This document shows positions 17,183-24,703 of a stretch of 32,000 bases of DNA, piece by piece. Numbering within the stretch: the first letter of the stretch is position 1; each line of letters opens with the position of its first letter. The notes under the pieces were generated by a model that ran no database searches, was not told where the DNA came from, and saw only the letters and a list, made by a program, of their open reading frames with translations. A program made the position numbers and the translations under genes. Source of the stretch: Longivirga aurantiaca (GTDB taxonomy: Bacteria; Actinomycetota; Actinomycetes; S36-B12; CAIYMF01); the NCBI RefSeq assembly GCF_042660085.1, contig NZ_JBHSTI010000008.1, positions 450,001 through 482,000 of the forward strand, written 5' to 3'.

Positions 17183-18463
17183 ATGACCGACTACTGGCGC
17201 GAGGCCCGCGATGCGCGCACCGACGACCCGAACCGTCCCGGTTTCCGCATCTCGCACGTGGAGACAGACGACGGCGGGTTCCTGTTCGTACCCGACGAGC
17301 TGCTGGTGAGCGGAGCGGCCGCTGACCTTCTGCCGGTCCTGCAGGGTCCCGAGTACATCGAGCTCACCGACACGTCGCCGGGCCTGTCCGCCACCACCGT
17401 GCGGTGGTTCTCGTACGGTGGCCCGGTCCCCTTGCTGGACCACGTCGCGGCTCTTCAGGCCGATGCCCGCGGCGCGGCCCCGGCAGCCGGAGTGGATCCG
17501 GACGCCTGCCGGGTCACCCCGCACTACGTCATGTCGGGCGAGCCGTGGATCTACAAAGGTGGCCCCTTCGACCAGGTCCGTCCGGCCGAGCCGTGGTCGT
17601 CCGGACCCCTGCCGGTGCCTCTCTCCGCCCCGCATGTGGCCGTGCTCGACACCGGCATCCCCATCGAGACGCCGGGCGGGGGCATGGCTCGCCTCCGCGT
17701 GGACCCGGAGGAGGACGTGGATCGCCTGTGGCCGCCCGGGCAGGACGGGCCGTCGTTCGGCGCGGAGGCAGGGCACGGCGCGTTCATCGCCGGACTCGTC
17801 AACCGGATGACCAGCAGTCAGGCCGGCATCGTCGCGCTCCGCGTGCTGGACACCGACGGCTACGGGACCGAAGTCATGGTGGTCGACGGGTTGCACCGTC
17901 TCCGTGCCGCACATCCCACGATCGGTGTCATCAACCTCTCGCTCGGCACCCGGACCGATGGCCTCGCGCCGATCGGCCTCACGGAGGCGATCGAGGCGTG
18001 GCCCACCTCCACCGTCTTCGTGGCAGCCGCGGGCAACTGCGGTGTCACCGACCTGCCGTACTGGCCCGCTGCCATCGGTCGGGTCGTGGCGGTGGCGGCC
18101 ATCGGGTGGAACGGCGGCTCACCCGAGCCGGCGCCGTTCAGCAACACCGGTGACTGGGTCGACCTCTGCACCGACGGCGTGAGCGTCCTCAGCATCCACT
18201 CCTTCGGGCGGGTGCCGATCGACAGCGCTTCCTTCGACCTGATCGAGGGGTGGGTGCGCTGGAGCGGCACGTCGTTCGCCGCTCCCATCGTGGCCGCCGA
18301 GATCGCGCGCCGCATGGTCGAGCGGAACATAGGGGCGGGCGCCGCCCTGCGGAGCCTCCTGGCCGACCTGCCTGACGCCTCGGCAGTGTCGCCCGCTCTG
18401 CGCGGATTCGGTCGTCTCTACGACCCCAGGCAGTCGGTGGGGATCGACCCGACGTCGCCGTGA
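17183..18463 (+). CDS. S8 (subtilisin-family) serine peptidase, no signal peptide, ~150-aa unassigned N-terminal region
   Basis: Catalytic motifs VAVLDTGI (D156), GHGAFIAG (H198), AAAGNCG (N285) and SGTSFAAP (S364). GAGGGGG RBS before ATG 17183. The hydrophilic N-terminus is MTDYWREARDARTDDPNRPG. Confidence 0.85.
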   Translation: MTDYWREARDARTDDPNRPGFRISHVETDDGGFLFVPDELLVSGAAADLLPVLQGPEYIELTDTSPGLSATTVRWFSYGGPVPLLDHVAALQADARGAAPAAGVDPDACRVTPHYVMSGEPWIYKGGPFDQVRPAEPWSSGPLPVPLSAPHVAVLDTGIPIETPGGGMARLRVDPEEDVDRLWPPGQDGPSFGAEAGHGAFIAGLVNRMTSSQAGIVALRVLDTDGYGTEVMVVDGLHRLRAAHPTIGVINLSLGTRTDGLAPIGLTEAIEAWPTSTVFVAAAGNCGVTDLPYWPAAIGRVVAVAAIGWNGGSPEPAPFSNTGDWVDLCTDGVSVLSIHSFGRVPIDSASFDLIEGWVRWSGTSFAAPIVAAEIARRMVERNIGAGAALRSLLADLPDASAVSPALRGFGRLYDPRQSVGIDPTSP

Positions 18464-18483
18464 GTCCTGCACCCGGGACGTGC

Positions 18484-21129
18484 CTAGGCGCCCACTGCGA
18501 CGAATGTGCCCGCGACCACCCCGGCGGCGGGCTCCTCGGCACCCAGTGATCCCCTCACGCGCTGCAGGGCTTCGTCCGGGGCGTGCCCCTGCGCCAGTTC
18601 CCGGTGCAGGCTCGTCATCACCAGGGCGGTGAGCCCGTCGGGCACGGCTACAGGAGAGGCCACGACCGTCCGGGCTCCGACGCCGAGCGCGATCGCGGCG
18701 AGCCCGAGCACCTCCTCGCCGGCGACCGCGGCCCCGGCGGCGGCGCTGCACGCCGAGAGCACCACCACCGACGGCGCGCGCACCCAGGATGCGATGTCGT
18801 AGCCGCAGAGCGGACCGTCCGCAAGCGTCAGGGACGAGAAGAGCGGGTTGTCCCGGCGCAGAAGCCCGTGGGCCGCCAGGTGGAGGACGTCGACCTCCCG
18901 GGCGGCACGGCTGACGGCCGCGGTCGTGGCGTCCGCCGCGAGCGTCGCCGTCGCCTGCCGGTGGAGGCGGCTGACGGAAGTGCACTCGGCCTCCGCCGCG
19001 GGGAGGCCCGGACCGGCCAGTGCGGCCACCTTCCTGATCCGTTGCGGACCCACGTTCCGGGCGCGGTGCCACGAGGTCGCCGACGGCGCGATGGTCAGGT
19101 CAGCGCCGGCGATCGATGGCGCGATGGACCACGGGACGCCACCCAACGCGGAACCTGGGCAGATGGTGACCTTTCTGGCGCCTGCCACGGCTGCGAGCGG
19201 GGCGAGGATGAGCGAGTCCAGGCGTCGGACCAGGCGATGCAGCTCGACCGCCTGATCGAGCGCGGGCCGTGACGGCGACGCCCGCACCACGCGCCTGAGG
19301 GCGAAGGCGATCGACCGCTCGAGCCCGAGGACTTCGGCTGCTGCGCCCAGCCTGTGCGCCCCCGTCCCGTTCCGCGTGGTGGTGGTCGCGTGGATCTCCC
19401 CTTTCCAGCTGAAGAACTGCACGAAGACACCATCGCCGACGGCGGAGCGGGCCACCTCGGCGCCGATGACGTCGTGGTCTCCGTCCGCCGCTGCACGGCG
19501 GCGGGTCAGGCGGCGGACCTCACGTTCCGCAGCACGCACCGGGGAGGGGGACAGGCGGTCCCCGGCCGCTCGGGCCTCGGCCTCTTCGCTCTTGGCCCAG
19601 CGCCATCGCGTGAGTGCTGCGGCGACCTCGGGGTCGGGAGCCGGGCGCGCGGCGGGGTGGCGCAGCACGGCAGACCGGCCTCGTTCCACCCAGTCGAAGG
19701 CCTGCTCGGCGCAGCCCGCGTCGAGGGCCCGGCCGAGGCCCAGCTCCACGATGCGCCCGGACCGCGCGGCTGCGCCAGCGACGAGATCGACCGACCCCAG
19801 CGCAGCGTGAGCGTCGTCAGCCAGCGACCAGGCGCGGAGCAGCTGCCGCTGGGCTCTGCCGGTGTCGCCTGCCCAGCCGGCCCGCAGCGAGCGTGCGAGT
19901 GCCACCGTCGAGCGCCGTTCCCAGTCGCCGGCCGCCGGGCGACGTGACTCGACAGGCTCGAGCAGCTGCAGGGCGTCGGCGGGAGAGCGTGCGTGCATCG
20001 CCATCGCCGCGGACACGCGGAGATCGTCGGACTCGCGCGGCCAGTGGTTCTCCTCGAGCATCGCCACCAGTCGTTCGATCGACCGGGTCGTCGGCGCGGA
20101 ACGGGATCGCCGCAGCTGCGCCGACATCGCCACGTACTCGGCCATGGCCGTCCACTCGGGCCGGCCCTGGCGCCGTACCAGCCGGCGGGCCTCCTGGGCG
20201 GCGGCGACGACCGCGTCCAGGTCGGGCTCGCGATCCGACAGCAGGGCCGACGCGAGACTCAGCCAGCTCTCTGCCTCCAAGGCATTCCAGCCTCGGGACT
20301 GCAGCAGCGCTATGGCGCGTCGAGCGTCGGCGACGGCCTCGGCAGACAGACCCGCACGAGTGAGCACCTCGGCGCGCCCGGCCCAGTACTCGGGGCGGTC
20401 GAGATCCCCCCACTCCTCTGCGGAGGCGTCCAGGTTCCGGAGCGCCTGCGGTACGTCGCCTGCCATGCCGTACAGGTATCCGATGTTGTAGAGCACGTCG
20501 GCCGCATCGTTCCTCCGCCCTTCGGCGAGGAAGATCTCGCGGGCTCCTGTGAAGTCTGCGACTGCCCGGGCCGTCTCGCCGCGGGTCGCGAGCAGGATGC
20601 CCCGGTTGTTGAGCAGGCGGCTCTCCCACACCGTGTCGCGCGCACGGCGCACGGCCGGCAATGCCACGGCGTACTCGGCCAGCGCGTCGTCACCGTGGCC
20701 GGACCGCTGCAGCGACATGGCCCGGATGATCCGCAGCCGGTACGTCGTCTCCCCTCGAGAGTCCCGCAGCGCTCGCGTCGTGAGCGCCACGGCCTGGCCC
20801 ATCCGGCCGCGCTCCATGAGGACGTACGCGAGGCTCATCCGTGCTTCAGCCCCGACGTCCGGCCGCTCGTGCCGGTCGGCGATGCGCACCGCTCGGCGCA
20901 TCCGGCCCTCTGCCGTCTCGATCTCGCTCAGCTCCCGGAGCGCCAGCCCGGCCGCGCGATGGGCGGTGACGACGGCGCGGATTCCTTCTGCCGCAAGCGG
21001 TCTCGGGATCGCGGCGACGACGGCGTCTGCCACGGCGAGCGCAGCACGCGGGTCGCGGCCTACCTCGTCCAAGGCGTGCTCGGCCCGGGCGACGACGTCA
21101 TCGACGGCGTCGACGGCGCCCTCGGTCAT
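18484..21129 (-). CDS. TPR-repeat / CHAT-domain (caspase-fold) protease, 881 aa
   Basis: The N-terminal ~500 aa are helical TPR-like repeats (e.g. NNRGILLATRGETARAVADFTGAREIF, LYNIGYLYGMAGDVPQALRNL). The C-terminal CHAT dyad motifs are VLHLAAHG (His754, 18868-18870) and VVVLSACSA (Cys794, 18748-18750). Confidence 0.85.
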   Translation of the reverse strand: MTEGAVDAVDDVVARAEHALDEVGRDPRAALAVADAVVAAIPRPLAAEGIRAVVTAHRAAGLALRELSEIETAEGRMRRAVRIADRHERPDVGAEARMSLAYVLMERGRMGQAVALTTRALRDSRGETTYRLRIIRAMSLQRSGHGDDALAEYAVALPAVRRARDTVWESRLLNNRGILLATRGETARAVADFTGAREIFLAEGRRNDAADVLYNIGYLYGMAGDVPQALRNLDASAEEWGDLDRPEYWAGRAEVLTRAGLSAEAVADARRAIALLQSRGWNALEAESWLSLASALLSDREPDLDAVVAAAQEARRLVRRQGRPEWTAMAEYVAMSAQLRRSRSAPTTRSIERLVAMLEENHWPRESDDLRVSAAMAMHARSPADALQLLEPVESRRPAAGDWERRSTVALARSLRAGWAGDTGRAQRQLLRAWSLADDAHAALGSVDLVAGAAARSGRIVELGLGRALDAGCAEQAFDWVERGRSAVLRHPAARPAPDPEVAAALTRWRWAKSEEAEARAAGDRLSPSPVRAAEREVRRLTRRRAAADGDHDVIGAEVARSAVGDGVFVQFFSWKGEIHATTTTRNGTGAHRLGAAAEVLGLERSIAFALRRVVRASPSRPALDQAVELHRLVRRLDSLILAPLAAVAGARKVTICPGSALGGVPWSIAPSIAGADLTIAPSATSWHRARNVGPQRIRKVAALAGPGLPAAEAECTSVSRLHRQATATLAADATTAAVSRAAREVDVLHLAAHGLLRRDNPLFSSLTLADGPLCGYDIASWVRAPSVVVLSACSAAAGAAVAGEEVLGLAAIALGVGARTVVASPVAVPDGLTALVMTSLHRELAQGHAPDEALQRVRGSLGAEEPAAGVVAGTFVAVGA

Positions 21130-21135
21130 CGCGAT

Positions 21136-21591
21136 CTAGACCGTGATCCAAGCGGTCGTGACGCGACCGCCGTCAGGCCTGGTCAGCTCGAGCCGGAGCG
21201 GACCGCCGGTCGGCAGCTCGAGGTCGAAGTGCCCGTCCTCGAGAACGACGGTGAGGCGGTGACCAGTCAGGACGACGACGACCTCGCCGGCTGCACCGAC
21301 CGCGACGCCGTGGATCCGGACGCGACCGGTCACGGGGTCGGTGTCGACGTCGAGCTCGATCGTGATGTCGCCGCAGACGAAGGAGAGCATGCGCACGTCC
21401 GCGACCAGCGCCCGCGTGAGCACCGCTGGCTCGTCGACCCACGAGTCGGCCACGAGCTCGGCCAGCTCGGAGTCGAGGCTTCGCAAGGCGAACAGGGACT
21501 TCGCGTCGGCGATCACATGCTCGGGAACGGCGTCGGCCTCCGACGTGACGTCGCGCAGCCGGGACTCGAAGGCGTCCTCGGACGTGGTCAT
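21136..21591 (-). CDS. 151-aa soluble orphan protein, translationally coupled between the ECF sigma and TPR-CHAT genes
   Basis: Its ATG overlaps the sigma stop (ATGA at 21588-21591). Its stop is 6 nt before the CHAT ATG. GC3-rich. Acidic helical N-terminal half, beta-rich C-terminal half. No TM and no zinc motif. Confidence 0.7.
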   Translation of the reverse strand: MTTSEDAFESRLRDVTSEADAVPEHVIADAKSLFALRSLDSELAELVADSWVDEPAVLTRALVADVRMLSFVCGDITIELDVDTDPVTGRVRIHGVAVGAAGEVVVVLTGHRLTVVLEDGHFDLELPTGGPLRLELTRPDGGRVTTAWITV

Positions 21592-22214
21592 GACTCACCC
21601 CCGGTCGACAGTGCTGCGTCGGTCACATCGACCACGTCGTCGGGGTCGAGCGCGCCGCTCTGCAGGGCCAGTGTGCGCAGCTTGGCGAGGCAGCGTGCGC
21701 GAGTCGGCCCGATCGAGCCGATCGGCATGTCGAGTGCATCGGCGATCTCGGCGTACGCCGGCGGTGGGTCCGCGACGAGGACGCGCAGCAACCGGCGGCA
21801 CGGATCGGGGAGCTCGTCGAACACCTGCCAGAGCGCGGCATCGCGCTCGGCCACGAGCATCGCCGACTCGACGGGTGCGCGCTGATCGGGCACCCGGTCC
21901 AGCCACTCGTCGGCCGGCACCGGTGGTTCGCGGTGGGAACGCTTGAGCACGAGGAGGCACTCGCGTCGCGCCACGACCGCGAGCCAGCCTCCGAGTCGCT
22001 CGGGCTCCTGGATCCGGTCGAGGTTCTCCAGCAGCCGCAGCCAGGTGGTCTGGACGATGTCGGCGCAGTCGGTCGCGGAGAGGCGGTGAGTCCGTGCCGT
22101 GGCCCACAGCAGGCCGGTGAACCGGTCGACGAGGGAGTCCCAGGCGACGGAGTCGCCCGCCGCCGCTGCCGCGAGCAGCGGCGCGACGGGTTCGTCGTAG
22201 GCGCTGGAGACCAT
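21588..22214 (-). CDS. ECF-type sigma-70 family RNA polymerase sigma factor
   Basis: Sigma-2 (DCADIVQTTWLRLLENLDRIQEPERLGGWLAVVARREC) and sigma-4 (AYAEIADALDMPIGSIGPTRARCLAKLR) regions are present. GGGAGG RBS before ATG 22214. The track ORF's extra 31 N-terminal codons are rejected. Confidence 0.85.
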   Translation of the reverse strand: MVSSAYDEPVAPLLAAAAAGDSVAWDSLVDRFTGLLWATARTHRLSATDCADIVQTTWLRLLENLDRIQEPERLGGWLAVVARRECLLVLKRSHREPPVPADEWLDRVPDQRAPVESAMLVAERDAALWQVFDELPDPCRRLLRVLVADPPPAYAEIADALDMPIGSIGPTRARCLAKLRTLALQSGALDPDDVVDVTDAALSTGGES

Positions 22215-22274
22215 GGCCCCTCCCTGATCGGAGTATCGCGCTCGAACTGCGTGCAGGCCAGGGGATTCACGTCG

Positions 22275-22309
22275 AGATGGGCCGGGACGCATCTCGTCCC
22301 GGCCCATCT
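22275..22309 (-). terminator. strong hairpin separating the upstream membrane-protein gene from the sigma operon
   Basis: AGATGGGCCGGGACG-CATCT-CGTCCCGGCCCATCT, a perfect 15-bp stem, 45 nt past the 22354 stop. Confidence 0.55.
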
Positions 22310-22353
22310 GCCGACCCCCGAGTGGATCAGTCGAGGGCCACCTGTTGCGGTGA

Positions 22354-22941
22354 TCAGCCTGTGGCGTGGGCGCCGAAGTAGTGGCGCTCGATGGCCTCGG
22401 CCCAGGAGGGGTCGTCGTACGGCGGGACGAAGCGGTCGTTCCACACCGTGCGCTCGCCGCCCGAGGGCTGGGCCTGGTAGCCGTTCGACCGCGGCACCTG
22501 CGAGTCCAGCACGCTGGAGTAGCCGGTCGTGCCGGTGAACGCGTACGAGCGGTGGAGTCCGCCGACCTGCTGGCCGATGACGCTGGTCGGCACGACGGCA
22601 GCCGCAGCGACGGTCCCCGCGTAGTTGCCCTGCGTCTTGGCGAGCCGGTCGAGCCGCGCCTCGGACTTCAGCCGCGCGGCGATGCCGGCGCGCTCCGCGA
22701 CGTCCAGGCCGCCGGACCTGGACCGGGCGAGCGCGGCGCGCTGCTGCGCCTCGAGCGCGTCGGGGCCGCCGGCCCGCGGCGCGGACGACACCGCAGGGGT
22801 GCTCGTCGTCGCCGTGAACGACAACCGGGGGACGACGACTGCGGACACTGCGACCAGCGTGACGACGCCGATGCCGACGAGCAGCGGGGTCTTGCCGAGC
22901 GACGACGGCGTGGCGGTCGGGGTGGCGGTGATCGTGGACAT
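22354..22941 (-). CDS. hypothetical membrane-anchored protein (N-terminal TM, ~150-aa extracytoplasmic region)
   Basis: ATG 22941 is preceded by GAGAGGAA. TM segment LLVGIGVVTLVAVSAVVV. I recognise no family. Confidence 0.6.
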   Translation of the reverse strand: MSTITATPTATPSSLGKTPLLVGIGVVTLVAVSAVVVPRLSFTATTSTPAVSSAPRAGGPDALEAQQRAALARSRSGGLDVAERAGIAARLKSEARLDRLAKTQGNYAGTVAAAAVVPTSVIGQQVGGLHRSYAFTGTTGYSSVLDSQVPRSNGYQAQPSGGERTVWNDRFVPPYDDPSWAEAIERHYFGAHATG

Positions 22942-23008
22942 GGTGGTTCCTCTCGGGGGTTGTACGCGGTGCGGGGTGAGGTCCTGCCGGAGCGGGACCG
23001 GGGGCCGA

Positions 23009-23176
23009 TCAGGCGAAGGCGGGCCGAGCCCGGCGCAGGAGCTCGAGCCAGCCGACGAGGCGCACGGGGGGCCGCCACGCCGGCAGCTGGCCGGGCTCGG
23101 TGGACAGGCGGGCCAGAAGGGCATCCGGGCGAGCCTCGGGCCGGGGAAGGGGGTTCGGGCCGGCTGTGCTGCTCAT
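23009..23176 (-). CDS. possible 55-aa ORF of unknown function
   Basis: ATG 23176 lies about 6 nt after AGAGGAG. About 90% of codon third positions are G/C by hand count. Translation: MSSTAGPNPLPRPEARPDALLARLSTEPGQLPAWRPPVRLVGWLELLRRARPAFA. No homologue recognised. Confidence 0.3.
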   Translation of the reverse strand: MSSTAGPNPLPRPEARPDALLARLSTEPGQLPAWRPPVRLVGWLELLRRARPAFA

Positions 23177-23337
23177 GGCTGCTCCTCTGGTCTGCACCGG
23201 CTCGGTGGAGCCGGACACCTGGGAAGAGCGGCAGACGGGCGTCCTGATACACCCCACGGCGATCGGCACGGGGCAGTGGGTGGCGCCGCATAGCCTGGGC
23301 GGCACCTTGACTGGGCGAGGAGGCTCGATGGCTGACG

Positions 23338-23678
23338 CTGACGACGTGCGCCGCATCGCGCTCGGCCTCGCAGGTGTCGAGGAGATCGACAGCGCAGGGT
23401 TCGACTTCCGCGTGGGAGGCAAGGGCTTCGTGTGGTCCTACCCCGATCGCGAGGGCGGGCGCCGCGTGATCCGCACCGACGTCGCCGTCCTCTACGTCGG
23501 CGACGAGGCCGAGAAGCAGGCGCTGCTGCTCGGGGAGCCGGGCATCTTCTTCACCGCCCCGGGGTACGACGGCTGGGCAGTCGTGATGTGCCGGCTCGAG
23601 AAGGTCGGCGTACGTCGTCTGCGCGAGCTCGTCACCGATGCGTGGCGGATGCGGGCGCCGGAGCTCGACGCGCGCTAG
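23338..23678 (+). CDS. MmcQ/YjbR-family protein
   Basis: GAGGAGG RBS. The pattern DDVRRIALGLAGVEE ... FRVGGKGF ... FFTAPGYDGWAVVMCRLEKV ... LRELVTDAWRMRAP matches the YjbR fold family. Confidence 0.7.
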
Positions 23679-23679
23679 C

Positions 23680-24684
23680 TCAGCCGAGCAGCGGTGGCCT
23701 GCGTGGGAGGTCGGCCTCGAACACCTCGAGCAGCCATTCGGGCATGGCGTCGCCGTACTCCCGCCACGCGGGCTCGTCGACGTTCGTCAGGGCCTGCCGG
23801 TACGACAGCGACCGCGTCAACGGCCCCACCCGCTGCGCCAGCGAGACGAGGCGCCGCAGCGTGGGCCGGTCGTGCAAGTCGGTCCACGCGTCGGTGTAGG
23901 CGTCGACGACGAGCCCGAAGGCGGGGTCGTCCGGCGCGAGCTTGTGGTGGAAGGCGATCGAGTTCAGCGTCGCGAGCATCGTGCCGAACGGGTGGCCGAC
24001 GCAGGAGTCGCCCCAGTCGATGATCACCGGGCCGCGCGCGAGGATGTTCGAGTCGTGCAGGTCGTCGTGCTGCAGGGTCGGCGCGATGCCCGAAGCCTCG
24101 AGCTCGGCACAGGCCTCGGCGTACGCCGGCAGCACGGCGCGCAGCCGCGCGGCGTCCTCCCGGCTGAGCGCTGCGGGCGCCCGCTCGGCCTCGAGGACGG
24201 CGATGGTCTGCTCGAGCAGCCGCGGCATGCGGGTGGGCCGCAGGTCGCCGACCCCGAGCGCCACGATCGCGTCGACGTGGGGCTCGGTCAGGCGCTGCAG
24301 ATGGGCGTAGAGCGCGAGGTGGTCGGCCATGCGCTCGGGCGGCGTCGTGCCTCCGTACGCCACGCGGGAGACCTCGCCGCCGTCGGGCAGCAGGACCAGG
24401 CCACGATCGAGGTCGTGGGCGAGCGGGCGCGGCACGTGCGGGAGGTCGAGCTCGGCCAGCAGCACGAGCAGGGGCACCTCGAACAGCGCGCCGTCGCCCG
24501 GAGCCTTGAGCCACACGGGATCGGCGTCGGTCTCGAGCCGTAGCGCGGTCGACCACGGCCGCGCGTGCGGCTGGGTCCATGCGCGCAGCGTGAGGCCGTG
24601 CGGCGCCAGCGCTCGAGCTCCCCACTCGAGGGTGTCCTCGAGCCATTCCGTGCTGGCCCAGCGGCCGGGGGTGGGGGCCTTCAC
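23680..24684 (-). CDS. phosphotransferase-family protein (aminoglycoside/choline-kinase-like fold)
   Basis: Catalytic loop LQHDDLHDSNIL and metal-binding IDWGDS. There is no in-frame ATG near the 5' end. The best start is GTG 24684, 19 nt after the mrp stop. Confidence 0.7.
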   Translation of the reverse strand: MKAPTPGRWASTEWLEDTLEWGARALAPHGLTLRAWTQPHARPWSTALRLETDADPVWLKAPGDGALFEVPLLVLLAELDLPHVPRPLAHDLDRGLVLLPDGGEVSRVAYGGTTPPERMADHLALYAHLQRLTEPHVDAIVALGVGDLRPTRMPRLLEQTIAVLEAERAPAALSREDAARLRAVLPAYAEACAELEASGIAPTLQHDDLHDSNILARGPVIIDWGDSCVGHPFGTMLATLNSIAFHHKLAPDDPAFGLVVDAYTDAWTDLHDRPTLRRLVSLAQRVGPLTRSLSYRQALTNVDEPAWREYGDAMPEWLLEVFEADLPRRPPLLG

Positions 24685-24703
24685 CCCGTCATGCTGCCCG
24701 AGG

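Noticed and set aside
21136-21591. 151-aa protein considered as a bacterial gasdermin (the protease-adjacent pore-former paradigm)
   Set aside because: It is much shorter than the ~240-270-aa bacterial gasdermins I know of. It is acidic, with no obvious amphipathic beta-hairpin or lipidation Cys near the N-terminus. An anti-sigma or substrate role fits its position better. Structure prediction would still be needed to exclude the gasdermin idea.
19993-21885. 630-aa plus-strand ORF opposite the CHAT, 151-aa and sigma genes
   Set aside because: Shadow ORF with R/G/P/H-rich composition. The minus-strand frames show TPR, CHAT and sigma motifs and tight start/stop coupling.
16946-23337. Accessory block considered as a prophage, integrative element or transposon
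   Set aside because: No integrase, recombinase, transposase, tRNA attachment site, phage structural gene or flanking direct repeat could be found by reading both strands. It is therefore described only as a synteny break.
23009-23422. 137-aa version of the minus-strand ORF, and the 256-aa extension of the membrane protein ORF (22354..23124)
   Set aside because: The upstream extensions are P/S/C/R-rich and lack RBSs. Only the shorter versions (ATG 23176; ATG 22941) have Shine-Dalgarno sites, and even the 55-aa ORF is kept only at low confidence.
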